Assembly (NCBI GenBank): GCA_019057795.1
Contig: JAHLWS010000052.1
Location: 32,835-96,834, forward strand
DNA length: 64,000 nucleotides
Direction of reading: 5' to 3'
Origin: Promethearchaeota archaeon
GTDB lineage: Archaea > Asgardarchaeota > Lokiarchaeia > Sigyniarchaeales > SOKP01
The translations under genes were made by a program, and so were the position numbers. Every line of letters starts with the position of its first letter. Position 1 is the stretch's first letter. The notes under the pieces are model-generated. The model was not told where the DNA came from, did no database searches, and saw only the letters and a program-made list of their open reading frames with translations. Below are positions 61,740 through 64,000 of this stretch, piece after piece.

Positions 61740-63170
61740 TTATCTGGATTCACGAACAATTTGGCGTTTTTTGGTAAAAATTAACCAAATTACGCTAAAT
61801 CCAATAAATATCAAGAAAAAATTACCAAATGGAATTGCTCCTTCAGTAATAGTTACCGTAACTGTGTTCGAGATAGAATTTCCACTCTCGTCTGTAAAAG
61901 TTATGTTATATGTATAAACGCCAGGAGCAAAGCCATCTGGGATGTTGTAGGTAATTGCGTTTCCGCTCGTCCATGCAGTTGGACCTGCAACTATTCCCGT
62001 CCCTTGCAGTTCGATCGTATAATTATATGGATTCAGATCGGTTGCCGTCCAAGAAAGGCTCTGCCCGGCATATCCATATTCTACAGTGAAATTACTATGG
62101 CTAACGGTTACAACCGGATTGGTCGTGTCTTCAACTGCAAAATTGACGCTATCGGTAATGAAATTGTCATGATCGTCTGTGAAGTTGACGGTATAAATGT
62201 ACGATCCTAAGCCAAATCCATCGGGAATGTTGTAGGTAATTGCGTTTCCGCTCGTCCATGCGGTAGGACCTGCAACTATTCCCGTCCCTTGCAGTTCGAT
62301 CGTATAATTATATGGATTTAGATCGGTTGCCGTCCAAGAAATGCTCTGCCCAGTATATCCATATTCTACAGCGAAATGATTAGGGCTAACGGTTATAACC
62401 GGATTGGTCATGCCTACAATGTTTAATTTATTAACATTATGAGCGTTATGATCCGATTCCCATAAATATTGTCCGTCCCACGCCAACCCTGCTGCATAAT
62501 TTCCTGGATCGTAAGCAAAATTAACCACAACGCCATTAGATGGATCTATCTTATAAATTTTCGCTTCAGGAGTAATGGAAACCCACAAGTATTGCCCATC
62601 CCACGCTAATCCCTTTGGATCAACTCCAGGAGCGTCGAAGGAGGCGACTACAGCACCAGTAGATGGGTTTATCTTAAAGATTGTCCCTGGACCGTTATCA
62701 GCGTTCCATAAATATTGTCCATCCCACGCTAAACCTGTTGGCTGAGATCCAGGAGCGTCGAAGGAGGCGACTACAGCACCAGTAGATGAATTTATCTTGT
62801 AAATTTTATCTTTAATCCAATCGGCAGACCAGAGATATAGTCCATCCCATGTTAATCCTGATGGCTCATCTCCAGGAGAATCGAATGAGTAAATCACAGC
62901 ACCGGTAGATGGATTTATCTTATGAATTTTATCTAAATCATTTTCGGCAACCCACAAGTACTCTCCATCCCAAGCTAATTCTGTTGGATAACCTGGAGAA
63001 GGGAACGAACTTACAATGCTTAATGTGCCTTGCGTTTTAATTAGTTGTGAAGGAGGATTCTTGATTTCATTCGTAGAGTTAATTAAAAAAAGTGAAGGAT
63101 TAATAAATATCAATAGCATCAAGGAAAAAGAAATAGGTATTAGTTTTTTTTTAATATGTTTTAGGTTCAT
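61740..63170 (-). CDS. Cell-surface protein: beta-propeller (GLAWDG repeats) + two Ig-like repeats + IPFG-TM anchor
   Basis: Signal peptide; five ~41-aa 'P.GLAWDGQYLW' repeats; duplicated 95-aa unit; C-terminal TM. Confidence 0.8.
   Translation of the reverse strand: MNLKHIKKKLIPISFSLMLLIFINPSLFLINSTNEIKNPPSQLIKTQGTLSIVSSFPSPGYPTELAWDGEYLWVAENDLDKIHKINPSTGAVIYSFDSPGDEPSGLTWDGLYLWSADWIKDKIYKINSSTGAVVASFDAPGSQPTGLAWDGQYLWNADNGPGTIFKINPSTGAVVASFDAPGVDPKGLAWDGQYLWVSITPEAKIYKIDPSNGVVVNFAYDPGNYAAGLAWDGQYLWESDHNAHNVNKLNIVGMTNPVITVSPNHFAVEYGYTGQSISWTATDLNPYNYTIELQGTGIVAGPTAWTSGNAITYNIPDGFGLGSYIYTVNFTDDHDNFITDSVNFAVEDTTNPVVTVSHSNFTVEYGYAGQSLSWTATDLNPYNYTIELQGTGIVAGPTAWTSGNAITYNIPDGFAPGVYTYNITFTDESGNSISNTVTVTITEGAIPFGNFFLIFIGFSVIWLIFTKKRQIVRESR
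61933..62409. repeat. Near-identical intragenic repeat (61933-62124 vs 62218-62409, period 285 bp)
   Basis: Direct comparison shows long identical stretches. Confidence 0.9.
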
Positions 63171-63429
63171 ATTATCACTTTTTGTATTTTTAAATTTTAT
63201 GTAGATATTTGATTTTATTATTTATATTGATCCTTATAAAATTCCTTATAAGGATAATAAAATAATTTCGCTAATCTAATTTAAATCTTCATCTTTTAGT
63301 CTTTTTCTTTAAATAATCGTATAAATCTTAGAATAGTGCTGCACTATATTTTTTTTTGAAAAAAATTAAAATAAGTAATTTATTATAATTATTGCGATAT
63401 AAATGAAATGAAAAAAAAAAGGGGAGCAA

Positions 63430-63957
63430 ATGGCATACATAGGAATAGATAAGGAGTTTTCAACTCTATTAAGTGATTAACAATTTCTCCATTTTGCGAA
63501 TAATTCAAAGATGGGAGTTGTAATTATCCAAAGAGGATTATTAAAGTATTTTAATCAACAATTCATAGAAATATTTGGCTATAGTAAAGAAGAAGTTACA
63601 AATTGGAAAAAAAGAGAGTTTTATAAAATTGTCCATCCAGAAGATTTACCATATTTAATAAAAGACTTAAAGTGTGAAGATGATAAAAAAACAGTTGTAG
63701 TTAAATTCCGGGGTATAAGAAAAGATAAAAGGGTAATTGATGTTGAAAATTATATCTGTAATATCAAATATAATGATATAACGGCCTATTTATCTAGCTA
63801 CATTTCCTTAGAAGAATCTTACTTACCAAAAACGGTAAAATTAACTACGAGAAAACTTTTGCGATTAGATTATAATCTCCAGATAATAAAACTCTTAAAG
63901 GAGAATAATATAGGCTTTACTATAATTGATAATCTTTCATATCGAGAAGAAGTTTAA
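63430..63957 (+). CDS. PAS-domain protein, with an in-frame TAA at 63478 interrupting the probable true N-terminus
   Basis: N......FGYS.EE and IVHPEDL motifs. An SD plus ATG at 63430 is in frame with 63511. Confidence 0.7.
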
Positions 63958-64000
63958 CTTTCATTTTCTTTCTTTTCTTCAACAACCTCTTCAAAATGAA

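Noticed and set aside
587-63204. Many short ORFs overlapping larger genes (e.g. 587-850, 7710-8057, 10166-10630, 30860-31126, 52101-52331)
   Set aside because: They are antisense or off-frame shadows of well-supported CDSs and have no motifs of their own.
56697-63480. TAA recoding suggested by in-frame TAAs at 56697 and 63478 (also 44699)
   Set aside because: Most intact conserved genes here end in TAA at the expected position, so pseudogenisation or base error is the simpler explanation.
1-64000. CRISPR array, rRNA genes or IS transposases
   Set aside because: No regularly spaced repeat-spacer pattern, no long GC-rich rRNA-like tract and no transposase motifs were seen.

Overview
AT-rich archaeal DNA that reads as Asgard archaeal, most likely Lokiarchaeia (inferred from an archaeal histone, SRP19, rpS8e, proteasome beta subunit, JAB/MPN protein, longin-like and PCI-like proteins, archaeal GluRS and intron-containing tRNAs). 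Most of the window is housekeeping or metabolic. The standout is a ~5 kb island (29574-34622) integrated at an intron-containing tRNA-Arg(GCG). It is bounded by a 66-bp direct repeat of the tRNA 3' part and carries no recognisable integrase. Its cargo is a two-gene operon: a HEPN/DUF4145-like protein, then a 1167-aa protein fusing a DEDDh (DnaQ-like) exonuclease, a SAM-methyltransferase-like domain, a reverse transcriptase (YMDD) and a long helical tail. This is a candidate undescribed RT-based defence system. A smaller, more decayed island sits at tRNA-Pro(GGG) and carries a class III nucleotidyl-cyclase-like gene and an HNH remnant. Also notable are two tRNA introns at non-canonical positions, several genes that seem to start at ATT, ACG or CTG, and several pseudogene remnants missed by the ORF track. 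All calls come from reading motifs by eye; no database search was run.
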